Part shown: positions 50,437 through 64,000 of the stretch, in pieces | How the letters are laid out: every line of letters starts with the position of its first letter | How positions within the stretch are numbered: position 1 is the first letter of the stretch | Source of the DNA: Octopus sinensis | Lineage: Eukaryota | Assembly (NCBI RefSeq): GCF_006345805.1 | Contig: NC_042998.1 | Coordinates: 171,678,001 to 171,742,000, forward strand | Length of the DNA stretch: 64,000 bases | Direction: 5' to 3' | The notes under the pieces: model-generated | The model's database searches: none | The model's input: only the letters and a program-made list of their open reading frames with translations | Told to the model about the DNA's origin: nothing | Translations under genes and position numbers: made by a program

Positions 50437-50779
50437 GTAATAAATAATAATGATAATAATAATAACAATAATACTCATTTGTAAATTGGTGGGTTTTCTT
50501 TAACGATAAAAATAAAATAAAAAGTAAAATGTCTGGAAAAAGGTTATAGAGACCCTAATTCAGTCACCACCCGTTTATCAATAAGTGAGTGAAAAAAAAA
50601 ATTATTATATGTACACAAATGCTAATACAATCCCACATTCAGATCAACGTAATACAAAACCACTTTTTTCCCTGCCTTTCTCTCCCTTTCATTCGCTCCA
50701 ATTTACCCGAGCAAACATGAACATGTATCATAATTTTGTATGTCTGCATATGTACATGGCAATATTTATAATTCTTAGG

Positions 50780-52169
50780 TTAGCAATACGATTTGGTTGT
50801 CACAAACACAGATTGATAAGCAAACATTTCTCGTTCCCGAAGACCTACATAGACAGAAACCATATAACTTGTCCCTGGAGTTAATTTGTCAATAGTTTCT
50901 GTGAACACTTTTTGTTTATTTGCTACTTTACAAAACAATTTTGCCAATTTTTTTCTTGATGCAACTGCAATGCACTGTGGTTGTACCTTTCTATTGGCTC
51001 TGATTTCGGGAATTATTTTAGGAATTTTACTTTTGTATACACAATAGCGTTGAGTCTTTTCTGTAGCATTCCAAGAAATTGTCACTTGGTTGCAGAGGGT
51101 AGAGTTGCTTAAAACTGTTATTTTTGCATTATGTGGAAGTCTAGGAACATCAATATGTGAAGAACTGTCTTGCAATAATAATGTAAGGGATTGCTGCAGT
51201 CCATGATTTTTTTTGTCTCGAGATACACGAATCTGGTAATTTCCAGCTTCAAGATCTTTCAAGACAAGTTTTCTAAAAAATGTTATGCTACTGCGTATAA
51301 CTTTTGTTTTTTGCTTACTTTTAGTAACACGTATTTTCATGACATCACCACAGGCTTGCAAAAATAGATTCAATGCCTTAACATTTCGTGAAAGACTAAA
51401 ATATAATTTTGGTATTTTTCTCCGTTTGATTACTAGTGTTTGCACTTTATTTTCTTTCACTACAAAACGTTTTTTCTTGTTTCGTTTAAGCTTAACTTGT
51501 ACACCGGCGTAACTGATTGACATATTAGAAGTGGAGTTAATAGCAAACACATTGATAAAGTACTTTCGACCTGGTTTGCCTTTTTTAAATGTATAAGAAA
51601 GTTTACTTCCAACGCAATCATAAAAAATATGCCCTTTTGGAGCTGAACGAATAGGCTTTGCTGATTTTCTTAAAAGCCTTTTTTTCTTTTCTTCTTTAAA
51701 TCCAAACCCAGTGTGAGGTGGAAGAGTGGGTTTTGCATCACCATGGAAATGTGCTAAAACTCCACAGTTGGTATAAAATTGTCTTTTCCGACTAAAAGAT
51801 ACACAGTACTTGATTTTATTGGTAGATGATAAACTTGGTTTCCATGTGACACTGACATCTTTTGCTGCTTTCATGGTTATGTTAAGATGGTTGTCTGCTG
51901 GTGGCAAGGGGAAAATGCTGTCAATATCAGGAGTAGTTGTGACATAGACTCTTGCATAAGTTTCAGAAGTTATTGCTTCTAATTCAACTATATAAAGACC
52001 CTTGCGTCCTTCCTTCTCTTGGTAGGTATTACTAGCATCTCCCGAAAAGTTTTGAAGAGCAAGAGACTGTGATACTGGTGTGCCTGCAGATTCAAACTGT
52101 GCTGCAATTGGCAGGGTAAAAAGAACAGAAAAAAATTACTTTGATTATCAGCATACACAAAAAATTCTT
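50780..52169 (-). CDS. NDNF: NDNF/Nord-like protein, large terminal coding exon (FN3 domains); 5' part out of frame in this assembly
   Basis: The frame is open from ~52133 to 50780: GLYIVEL...VYVTTTPD...VTWKPS...KYCV...YFINVFAIN...SYAG...PRLP...CNQVTISW...YCVYK...LTPGTSYMVSVY...YQSVFVTTKSYC*. This is colinear with vertebrate NDNF as I recall it. Confidence 0.88.
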
Positions 52170-52251
52170 CTACATACACAAAATTATTCAATTTGATTAA
52201 CCATAATTATAAGTATTACGAATAATAATAATAACAATAATAATAATAATG

Positions 52252-52345
<94 letters not shown>

Positions 52346-53384
52346 TATTATTATTAAAGGCTATAACAAAGGATATACAAATAGAAATTAGAGAAATAAA
52401 TAAATAGTAAATAAATAGAATCCCCAATAGCAGGGCAATCCTTTTAGGTTAATGCAGAGTAAACCTCATAAAAAGATACGGGTTACTCTGCCATTCCCAA
52501 GGCATGGGTAATGCCATCTTCCAGTTTCTTTTCTCCTACTTAGAAAGGCATACTCAGAGTAGATCCATTCAGTCTCACCACTCTTATCTACCTTTTGATA
52601 AACACAATAAAAGCAGCACTTCCCTCTCTACCCTCACCTTCCTCTTCAGATGATATTTGAAGAAATTGATGAGTGCTCGACCAGGTAGGAAAGTGTCTGC
52701 TTTCAAACCTTTCAGATGGATTCACCACACAACCTCTTTTGCCACAGTCACTAAGCAGAGGAAAATCTGCCTCTCTTTTCTGCCAAAGCAAGGTGGTGCT
52801 TTGGTCTTCATTACATACTCAGTGGGCAGCTGGATTTGTCTTACATAAGACAGCAACTGCTCAACACAAACCCACAAGTCTCTAATGCACAGACACTGAA
52901 TAATTGCATGCATCTCAGGCAGGTTTGGCTGTTGGCACTTCCATGCCTGAAGAGCTTATCTCAAACAGACAATGCCCCCAGTAAAGTGGTTGGCATTAGG
53001 AAGGGTATCCAGTCATAAAAAAACATGTCAAAGCAGACACTGGAGTGTCTTGCAGTCCTTGGATACATTAGATCCTGTCAAATCATCCAACCCATGCCAG
53101 TATGGAACATGAGTGTTAAATGATGATGATCTGTCTTTTAAATTAAATTATAATTTATTGTTATTTTACTCCATGTCTGCCATGATGCCGAAGACCTGTG
53201 ATTGGAGATGCTCAAACCATGATCATGTCCATGTTTTCAGGCACAATGTACTTCGGACTACATTATCAATGTACTATTCCTTTTCAAAGATGGTAGGGAT
53301 TGATTTCTTGTAGGTTGTGAGATTACACAAAGGTTTTCATATTAGCTTTTTTTTCTTTTGTTTTTCCAGTGGCAGGAATATTAA

Positions 53385-53605
53385 CCCTTTCGTTACTGTA
53401 TTTCTGTTGAGATGCTCCGTGTTTCTTTCAATTACTTTAAATATAACAAAGAATTTAGTAAAATAACTTAGTTATGATTAAGCTAGTTTTAGGAGCATAA
53501 ATTGTGACTAAGGTTTGGTGGAAGATTTCAATTCAGAACTTATGAAAACAAGACATTTGTACTACAGAGCCAGAGCCGGTTTCAGCCGGGTTGGTAATGA
53601 AAGGG
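53385..53605. mobile_element. piggyBac-like MITE
   Basis: TTAA|CCCTTTCGTTAC ... GTAATGAAAGGG|TTAA terminal inverted repeats. Confidence 0.7.
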
Positions 53606-56600
53606 TTAAGAGCATAGATTAAGAAATAATAACATTCCTTAAAACTTATATTTCAAATTTTTCAATTAAATTTATCAGAAAGTGTAGCTTGCATGTTGGA
53701 AAGAGTGTAATAATTTAGCAGAAAGCATTACCATGCATACACCCTCTCCCACACATGCACACAAATTCATGGGTTTTAATGTTAAATTAATATTGACCAT
53801 TTAGCATTCAGATTATCCTGCAAAATGTAATGCTTATTTATTCATATTGTTTTTAATTAAGCATGCATTATCTTGTAACTTTGAGAGTTTATTTTTAGAA
53901 TGACAATACAGCGCAGATAGCAAAGGCTAGATCTGAACATAAAACAGGTAGAATATTTTGGACAGATATGGTTGCTTTGAATGCTAAGCAACAAGGGCAG
54001 TTATGTTTTTCTATACATAATATCAAATAAAAACTTACAATTAGAATGTAATCTTTTAAATATAACCCTCCAGTTTATGTCTGATGCACACGGTGTTACA
54101 GTTATGGATAATCTTGAATCAGCTGTTTCTTTCAAGAATGCAAATCTGCAATGTAACAAAACAAAAATAATGTAAAAACAACAATTTACTTTTAAAATGT
54201 GATACTTAGAAGCTATTGCACACCTGTTTGTAAGGAATGGTAGAATTTTCAGAAAGAGTAGTGTTCAGGAAAGGAATTTTTTTTTCTGCATAATTAATTA
54301 AAGTACCTTACAAAAAGATGATAGCATTATATAATAAATGTTTGGGATATTTAGTTTCTTTACCTCAATGTTCAAATCTTTCATTTTTATGCTTTATCCA
54401 TTTGGAGTTTATAAGGCAAGTATTCAGATCAAATCAACTGATAACTTCTCTTCCCAGCATATTCAAAACTCTTTTGTCAATGTAAAGAAATCAGCTGAAA
54501 GCTAATTGAATCATTAACAACCTTTTCCTACACTTTGAATTCTATCCTCTCCTTACTAGCCAACAGTAAAGCCCAATCTATTGGGCTTTCTAAAATACTC
54601 AATCTACTGGACATTTACAAGATATCTGGTGAAAGCAGATTTGTTGTCCTTGACATCAAGAAGGCATTTGGCTATGCCTAACATGTGACTTTGTTGGCAG
54701 ATCACACCATTGTGATGATAAAGTACTATTTGAGAACTCAATCAACACACAAATCTGATGTGCTCCAAAGTTAGGTTTTGTTCCCCAGTTTTTTCTTCCC
54801 AAATATCAAAAACCTGTTTGCCATCATGTTGAACTATGCTCATTCCTATACATCCAAGAACCATATACAAGTAACCCAAACACCTCACACCAAGCTTGCT
54901 CAGAATTCATGAAAAGACACCTGAAAAACATCTTCAGTGAGGACTAGCTAATCTTGTCTTCTCCAACAGCACAAGGTCATACTCACTATACATATCATAT
55001 CTCAACTCACCCTGAGCTGAGATATAATGTTGATATATATATATATATATATGTCATCAAATCACATACCCTGACAATAATACTTAAATGGTCTTCCAAA
55101 CACCATCATTTGCTCTGTTTTCAAATGGTACAAATAATACAAGTGGTAACGTAACTTCATTTCCATTCTAAACAAAAAAAAATCAATGTACCTACATTGG
55201 ACGAACCAAAAGCACTTGCATCAAGCTTCAAATCATCCGACAATGAAAATATTTCAAAGCCAAACAAGGTTGATCTTCTTCAGAGCATGTATAGAGAACA
55301 TTCTTCTTTAAAGAGCTGAATTCTGGACTATGAAGAGAGAGCTTCAAGATTGTCTTGATGGTATGAACATCAAATTTCCCCTGAAGGCTCAAAACATCTC
55401 ATGGTATGAGTACAAGACCAAAGTGGAGATTATGGATTCATTCCACACTATACTGTTGTTGTTGAATGCAGAGTAAGTTTTACTAGTTACTACTATAGTT
55501 CTGGAAAGAAGACTATATCAGATGTTATATTTTGGTAATTATATTTTGGTAATATACCCTAATAGAGGATGAAGACCCCTCATCTACACTGATATTATTG
55601 GCAGAGACACAGAAAATGAAACCAAGTTCCACTAATGGCAGAGATTCCTGTTATGGTTTGTGAAACATATCTCAGTTGTGGCTGCATAAATAACAGCACA
55701 TAACTAAGCAAACTAAAACATCTCTTCTCTGGGCATTATCTTCTGTTCCTCAGACACAGTAACCACAATCACTTTGGGAAACAATCATTGTAGCAGAACT
55801 GCAACTGTTATTTTCTGATGGATTTCATCTTGTCCATATTTGCTGTAGCTGTTACCAGAATCTGTTGGCATACATGACTGGACTGGATAAAGGTAAAATT
55901 CTAATTTATTCAGACTGTCAGCTGCACAATATATGGGTGAATACATGGTATAGCCTGGATGATAGATCTGTGGCTTCCAGCCTGTTATATTATAGGACTG
56001 CACAGTATCAGAATTGACTTGAGGCTACACTACCACCACCATCACTACCACCGCCACCGCCACAGTCACCACCGTTACCGCCACTGTCACTGCTGCTATC
56101 GCCACCACCACCACTACTGCCACAACAACAACATGAACAAAAAGGAAAACAGAAAAATCTGTTGAATTGGAAGTTGACACTGTCTACAGCAACCATCAGA
56201 ATATGTGTGAATGCTTGCATATGTGTGTGTGTTTTCAAATGCTTTTATGCACCTGTATCTTCATCTGTGTGTGTAAGTGTGTTTCGTTTATTTAAAATCT
56301 GTCTGTAAAATTTTAGAAGGAAAAAATGCTTCTGTGATACAAACTTTGTCTTTCATTTTCAGTATGATATTAAATGATATCAAAAACCAAAAAACTAAAG
56401 TAAAAGAAAAATAATAAAAGAATAAAAAAACTGAAGAGGATTTAATTCCTCTACATGTAATTTAAAAAAAAAAAGAGAATGAAGTGTGTGAGAAAATATT
56501 TGCCATTTACTAGAATATATTTTCTCAGCTAACAAATCCTACTTTAGGAATTCAGGACACTTAATTCAGTTTATATTACTAACCTGTTCTTATAGCTAGC

Positions 56601-57379
56601 TACCTCCTGTTCTCAATTTTCAAAGGATTTGAAAGCATAACAAAAGATAAATGAACATCTATTTCATCACTTACTTTGAACTGTTTCAAGCTGACCTGGC
56701 TTGGCTCTCTAAAATGTAATTTGAAAAATATCTCCTTTAAGGAAACCTATTCAAGTGACTTTAGAACACACCTACTTCATTTTCGTTTTCCTGATTTTGT
56801 CTGGTTAGAGAGGAAGAAATTTGATGCTAAGCTCAGATGTTTATGTGTCTGAACTCCATACCATTCAGCTTTATGGTGAGCTTTTTGTAGCAGACTAACC
56901 CATGCACAAATACATACATGAAAAACCATGGAAATGATAAATAATTAAATAGATAAATACATGTTTAATTTCAATAGCAAATTTAAAAAATAACAAAAGA
57001 AAAACCCCACAAAACAGGGAAAAGCTTGTAGCCAACAGTGAGAATATGACAAATGAACAATCAAAAATATTTGCTGTAGGTATATCCTCTTCTTTCAATT
57101 ATAATTTTATGTTAACTAAAACTGCAATATTCATTTACTATTTCAATTAATTCCTAGAATACATTTTGTTTTCCATTACTCTTTTACTTGTTTCAGTCAT
57201 TTGACTGTGACCATGCTGGAGCACTGCCTTCAGTTGAGCAAATCGACCCCAGGACTTATTCTTTGTAAGCCTAGCACTTATTCTATTGGTCTCTTTTGGC
57301 GAACTGCTAAGTTACTGGGATGTAAACACACAAGCATCAGTTGTCAAGCGATGTTGGGAGGACAAACACAGACACACAA

Positions 57380-57410
<31 letters not shown>

Positions 57411-57559
57411 CATATATACGACGAGCTTCTTTCAGTTTCTACACACAAGGCTTTGGTCGGCCCGAGGCTATAGTAGAAGACACTTGCCCAAGGTGCTACG
57501 TGGTGGGACTGAACCTGGAAGCATGTGGTTGGTAAGCAAGCTACTTACCACACAGCCAT

Positions 57560-57935
57560 GACTATGATTCCACTTGGTTCAACAGGTCTTCACAAGCACA
57601 GCATATTGCCCAATGATTGAAGGATGCTTTTAAATGGGCCAGTTATGCAACACTGACATTGGCTACACCTATGATCTCACTTGGCTTGCCAGGTCTTCTC
57701 AAGCACAACATATCTCCAAAGGTCTCGGTTGCTTGTCATTGCCTCTGTGAGGCCTAACGCTTGAAGGTTGTCCTTCATCACCTCATCCCATGTTTTCCTG
57801 GGTCTATCTCTTCCACAGGTTCCCTCCACTGTTAGGGTGTGACACTTCTTCACACAGCTGTCCTCACCCATATGCAACATATGACCATAACAGAGTAGTC
57901 ATCTCTCTTGCACACCACATTTGAAGCATTTTACA
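57560..57935 (-). mobile_element. RTE LINE 3' end
   Basis: GRDRPRKTWDEVMKDNLQALGL...DRDLWR. Confidence 0.8.
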
Positions 57936-58856
57936 AATGCATTTCTGGTGCTTGTTTTATGAGCCCTAGATTAGTGGATCTCAACTGCAGTCCACATGAC
58001 CTTTGGGGGGGGGGTCCATATAAGATTTTGGTGTTAAAATTTATGTACAATAAATTGGCTTTATTTCTACAATAGACAAAATGTTTTAACAATTTTTTAA
58101 TACAATTCCTAATAATATTTAATTATAAAAATATAATATGATTTTTGAAAATATTGAATGGGTATGAAGGTCCAGTAGAGTAAAATAGGAATGAAAGGGG
58201 TCCATAGGCAAAAAATGTTTGAGAACTACTGCCCTAGATGAAAAGCTAAGTCATATCTAGTTTGATGTAAGGTCAAAATGTAAAAGCATAAATCTAAATA
58301 ATATGAGGCATTTAGTACAGTGACTTACTATTTCTGAGAACTACTGAGGATTTGTCACCCTTACTGAAATAAATTTCTTTCGGTACCTGCATTACCTACT
58401 AGCACTTATGCTGGTGGCATGTGAAAAACATTCGAGCGAGGTTGTTGCCAGTGCCGCTGGACTGGCTCCTGTGTAGGTGGCACATAAAAACACCATTTGA
58501 GTGTGGCCGTTGCCAGTACTGCCTGACTGGCTCTCATGCCAGTGGCACATAAAAGCACCCACTACACTCTCAGAGTGGTTGGCGTTAGGAAGGGCATTCA
58601 GCTGTAGAAACTCTGCCAGATCAGATTGGGGTCTGGTACAGCCATCTGGTTCACCAGTCCTCAGTCAAATCGTCTAACCCATGATAGCATGGAAAGCGGA
58701 CATTAAATGATGATGATGATGAGGGGGACAGAATGCTGAAAGATCAAGTCTATTTCAATAGGATGCAACATGTATCTACCAATTAATATAGTATATTTCT
58801 GAAAATTTATTACCCTTGTTCAAAACAAATAGCTAGGAAACATCACTGATGATATG

Positions 58857-58887
<31 letters not shown>

Positions 58888-59751
58888 CCATCATTTAACA
58901 TCCAGCTTTCCATGCTTGCATTGACCAAGTGGAGTTTCTATGGCCAGATACCCTTCCTTTACTCCTAACTCTCACCTATTTTCAAGTAAGGTAATATTTC
59001 CCATGGTCAGACATGTTTTTTGCAGAAGACTGGAAACAAACAACATTGCTTTTATGACTGTGATGCTCATTTATAACAATCATATGATGTCAAGACAAGG
59101 ATATACAAGCACACACACACATGGTGGGCTTCTTTCAGATTCTGTCAACTGCTTTAGTTAGCCTGGGATTACAGTAGAAGTTTCTTACCCAAGGTGCCAC
59201 AAAGTGGAACTGTACCCTAGACCACAAGGTTGTGAAGCAAGCATTTCAACAACTCAAGTACACCTGTGCTTCATTAATGAAGATAGGATAGCTTGTTGCT
59301 AAAATGCTGGTTGTGAACTGCTTGCAGGGAATAGCAACAACAGTGTATCCATTTCTGAAACAGCTGTAAGGAACAAGCTGTACAACTTCTTCCTTCTCTT
59401 TCAGTTTGGATTTTATCAATGATGACCTGCCTTTACTCATTATGTAATATAATGCTATGGACTTACCTGATACTTACTCTGGGGATATACCAGCATATAC
59501 TACAACCATTATGAACATTCCTGAATCAATTTCTTGTAATATAAATTCTTTAAAGCGTTCTTTATTTTATGTAAGTTTTATAAATATATAAATGTCATAA
59601 CCTGACCAGACACAAATTACTTGACCATCTATTTTTTATTTTACACACACACACAACACACACACACACACACACACACACACGAAGTGAATCATAAATA
59701 AGTTATGTGTAAAACAAATTTAGGTAATAAACTTGATATTGCAGTACTCAC

Positions 59752-59966
59752 AAATTCTTTGTACTTTTGTAAATATATATATTTTTTACAACTCGTTCTG
59801 GAATCATGCGAGTGTCAAAAAATATTTCTGGTCGATCTTTGCTCAGCCTTTTTCCATCGTTATTTGGAGTTTTGTGAGAATAACCATGTTCAAGAAGAGT
59901 CAATAAAGTGAAAAAGCCAACTATTGAGTAAGTGTAATCAATTTTGTTTCGTATTTCCATCATCAT
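59752..59966 (-). CDS. NDNF: NDNF first coding exon (signal peptide + N-terminus)
   Basis: Acceptor ttttatattttag|g-ATG. It encodes MMMEIRNKIDYTYSIVGFFTLLTLLEHGYS (hydrophobic) and FFDTRMIPER..., similar to NDNF FFHDSSVIPDG. Donor |gtgagt. Confidence 0.72.
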
Positions 59967-60083
59967 CCTAAAATATAAAAAGAAAGAATTTATGAGAGAA
60001 ACCACATTATCTCTTTCTGTAGTAAGAAAAGCTGCTTATTAATTAGTTGTATGTAACTTTTTCTATAAGTAAGCAATTATTGA

Positions 60084-60284
60084 CCCTTTAGCATTTAAAC
60101 TGGCCTTATCTGACCAAAATATTCTCTCTGTTGTATGTACAAACAAACCAGATCCAGGTGCTGCCGCCTACCCTCAAATGTCATTCAAAGAATAAAACAG
60201 TCATATGGAATAATGCATGATTAATTCAAAACAATGCATATGAATAAGCATTACATTTGACAGAGTAATCTGAATGCTAAAGGG
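60084..60284. mobile_element. piggyBac-like MITE (related partial copy ~53795-53980)
   Basis: ttga|CCCTTTAGCATT ... AATGCTAAAGGG|ttaa. Confidence 0.6.
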
Positions 60285-62999
60285 TTAAAGTCTACACTGT
60301 CTAGATAATTCTTAAAGATTATAATTTTAATATACTTTTTTTTAATCAAAATGTGGTTTTCAAATTTCTGTTATCACTGAAAATTTCAACTAGAGAAAAC
60401 TAATTCACTGTATGATAGTGTTTTTTGAACACTACTAGATTCTGTCTTTGTCTTTTTCTTTCTCTTATACACATCATGATGCTACTTTCTATTGACATAT
60501 CACGAAAAAACATTTTTCCAAATTATAAGTTTAATCCAGCATCATCCAAAATAAGTTGACTTCAGTATCCTTTCATATTAATTGGGTGCTTTTAAAGAAA
60601 TAGAAAGCTGAAGTAAAGAAGTGGTTTTAATTATACCAAATATAAACTTACATATATATAATGACATTGATATTGCTTTATCTTTTTTAATACTTCAACA
60701 GGTAGTGAGCCATTAGTATAACAGAGTATTACAAAGGAGTTTGCCATCACATAGAATCAAGAAAATATATGACAGAATGAATTACTGTTGTTATCTTCTT
60801 TACATCTACTAGAAGATTTATGCTTGATACTCTAAACTACAGAAATACTAATCTACTTATGCAATTTACAATTGCAAACCATACCTAACCAAAGTACCTA
60901 TTTACAGCTAGTTGTAATACTTTACTTACAAGACAAGTCTGCTTCATCATACCTATGATCACAGGTGTTTAGGCCATAACCATTCTGTCTTTTTATACAG
61001 CCACAGCTATATTATCCATTGTGTCTTTGCTATATTTAATATGGATGTGATTTCCATGAACACATAATAGTTCCCACTTAGTCCTGCTTATAGCTGTTTT
61101 GGATGACTGAAAATGAAGATTCCCTGTCAGAAACAGTGCAGAACAAGAAACAGTTTTTCATGAGAAAGGGGAGGAAATCATGACTTATGAATTATTATAA
61201 ACCACCACCTTGATCTCTGTAAGCAACCAGCTAGAAGTCAGTGGCTTGGTGTGGCTCTTTCATAAGCATAAGTTAGCTGGGACACTTTTCATTAATTGGT
61301 AGGGAAGAAAATACAGAATGATGTGCTAAATGACAGAGTAGCTTTGCAAAGAGTAACCTACAGGGCTGGAATCCTGTCTCATCTGATAGTGAGCCTAGTC
61401 TTTGTTATGAAACCTTTTTTACCTATACTCTTTGGCTTGCAGTGGCTCTATGAAGGATAGAATGCTGTTGGAAGCAGTACATTGAGATACTAGGTTATTC
61501 CTAAATCAAAATCTGGTCTGAATGCCTCCTAAAGATACTCTACAAGTGGGAGAGGGTGTTAAGCCAACCACTTATGTTAGGTCTCTGCCACCCATCATCA
61601 TCATCATCAGTGTAAAACAGAATATTCTTTATAATAATACTGTATGAATTCTAGTTTTAGTATAAGTACTCAATATTCCTGTATGTTGTGAGAAGCAGTT
61701 AAAAGAGTTGGTGACAGGAAGGGCATCCAACTGTAAACTCTGTTTTAGAAAACCTATGCAACCCATGTCAATATGGAAGAGAGAACACAAAAGGACAATG
61801 ATGATGATGATTAATGACTTAAAGCAGGAAGCACAGTACTTACCTAGGCCCTTTTTGGGGGCTTCTTAGACTTGTGGGAAGAAGTACACATACATACACA
61901 CATACACACCATCATCATCATCATCACTGTTCTTTTATGTTCCCTTTCTATTCTGAAAGGGTTGGACAGACATTCCTGCTTTTCTAAATAGGCTGAGGAG
62001 TGATATCACACTCACAAGTTTCATTTTGATGTGATTTTCCTTGACTGGATGTCCTTCCAAACATCAACTATTTTACAGAATGTACTAGGTGCACTTTTCT
62101 TTAATTTGGAGGGAGGGCACCAACGCTAAGGAAGTTGTTATGTTTTCAACAAGATCAACCCCTGGATTTAACAGAGTGTACTGAATTACTTTATTATGGT
62201 ATCAGCACCAAAGAAAACAGGGGTAAAAGAATGATGGATAGAAAGATGAAAAATGGATGTCAATACCAAATGCACAGTGGGTAGTATTGGTAAAGTGTTT
62301 GAAGTACATCTAGCCCTTAAGGATATGCTTCAAGATGGTGAGAGTGTGAGGAATGACAAGGATGAGAAAGGGAGGAGCAGAGTATTGGAGAGGCTAGTGG
62401 ACTGATAGAAGAAGAGGTCAGATCGGTCCTGTGACATTCCTAGATACAGAAAGCAGCAGAGCCAGCAACAAAGGTAGATTTTGGAGTCTCCTGTTGCAAT
62501 AGTATCAGTATTCATGCCACCAGCTACAGCTGTGGGGATAGCTAAAAGGATCTCCTCATCTTCAATCCTAAAAACCAACAATCAAGAAGTCATCAACCAG
62601 AATGCCAAGGAATTCCTTATCAGTAGAGTCATTCTCATTGTCTTGCATGAAAAGATGAAATCAAATGAAAACAGGTAATAAACAGGGGATAAACTACAGA
62701 GGACAGTGGAAAAAGAAAAGAAAATAGGCCCCAGAAAAGTGGGGGAAAAATCTATGAAGAAAGTGAAAAATACATTCCCTAACAATGAATATAAAACTTT
62801 TTCATATATTCATTTTACTATTTTCATTGCATAAATCCTGTTATACAGATTCTCCAGCACCTGTGTGTCCATATCAGTATATTTGTTTCATCAGTATTTT
62901 CATTACACTAATAACTTTAATTTTTATCATACTTTTTCCAACCCATGCCAACTTGAAAAATGGACATTAAATGACGATGATGATGATGATTTTTATTCT

Positions 63000-64000
63000 A
63001 CTGTCAAAAATTTAGAGAAATGTTAGCTGAAACATTTGACAAAAGGGAGGAGATAGAGATGTACTGGACAGAGGACAACTAGAAGTCCTTATGGGAAAAC
63101 TCACTAAGGAATGCCATGAAAATCTGTGTGATATGGTAGCGGAACAGTGAGGTAGAAGAAATAAAAGCTAAGAGACAGGCTTGAAACACTGAAATAATGC
63201 TTCTAGTCTTTTCATGTCAGTTTCTTTGTATCATGCTTCCTGTACAAGAGGAGAAACTGAAAGTAAGATATTTGTCAATGTTCCAGAGCAAGAGAAGTAG
63301 AAGGGTGAGGTGATCATGTTTGCAAGATGTGGAGTATTCAGACAGTTAGAGTTAGAAGTGTGTATGGATGGGTACTGGCACACATGTACTTAGGGATTTT
63401 GAAACAAAAATTTATGGAAGTGAAACTGTGAAAGATTACTAAAGGAGTAGAATGCATGGAAGAAAGAAGGTTTTGCCAATATTGATCCAACAGAGGGAGC
63501 AGCTATTATAATAGAAAGTAACATGACAGATAAGCAATTGAGGATATAAAAGCAAAGAAAACCCCTAGTCTGTTAGGAATAACTATAGAGATGATGTTTG
63601 AAATACCATGTCTAGTAGTATGTGGCATGGTCACTGTGTAGTCACTCTCATTGTAAAGTAAGGTATCATACCCAATAACTGGTGTGACAGTATCATAGTT
63701 ACAAAGGCCTTAGGGAGAAGTAATTCCAAAAATATCAAATAGCTAGACAAGGTCATGAAAGTTAGAACACTTAATAACAGAAAGAGTCAACAAAAGTGAT
63801 ATGCTGTTCAATTTTGTGGAAGGAACACAAAACTACTGTTGCTCTCTTAGTAAGGCAACTGTAACAGAAGTATCTAGATAAAAGTGAATTAATGTATTCA
63901 GCATTCATTGACCTAGAGAAAACCTTTGATTGGGTCCCTTGCTCTGTGAGCTGAGGTGTTGCTGAAATAGCTAGGAGTGGACAAATGACATGAGAGAGCC
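63000..64000 (+). mobile_element. Highly degenerate RTE LINE remnant
   Basis: Residual motifs such as DLEKTFDWVP, plus similarity to 38800-39400. Confidence 0.55.

Noticed and set aside
55785-56003. 72-aa ORF as an NDNF internal exon
   Set aside because: No similarity to NDNF and no convincing splice sites.
59246-59440. 64-aa ORF containing VVAIPC as the missing NDNF TVTPC exon
   Set aside because: Similarity is weak and the donor (gtgtac) is poor. The 52110-52169 segment fits better. Not fully excluded without RNA data.

Overview
Eukaryotic, very AT-rich, microsatellite-dense DNA. The SINE/RTE repeat complement suggests an octopod cephalopod, but that is inference. The only host gene I can support is an NDNF/Nord orthologue on the minus strand, with coding exons at about 59752-59966 and 50780-52169. 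The rest is mostly mobile DNA: RTE and CR1/L2-type LINE remnants, tRNA-derived SINEs, non-autonomous Helitrons, a Tc1 fragment, TTAA-flanked MITEs, and Penelope-like element (PLE) insertions from several lineages. The dominant feature is a ~17.9-kb palindrome (11648-29535) made of two ~8.8-kb head-to-head arms of a Naiad-like PLE. Each arm reads pLTR-ORF-pLTR. The ~835-aa RT + GIY-YIG ORF can apparently be rebuilt by combining the two copies. There are four minimal hammerhead ribozymes spaced ~6.26 kb apart within each arm, and a ~3.7-kb non-coding region with a hairpin cluster and repeated modules. Both outer ends sit in (TA)n. Smaller fold-back or locally templated duplications recur next to (TA)n tracts across the window. 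All alignments and folds were done by eye and coordinates are approximate to a few bases. Frequent homopolymer indels suggest an imperfectly polished assembly.
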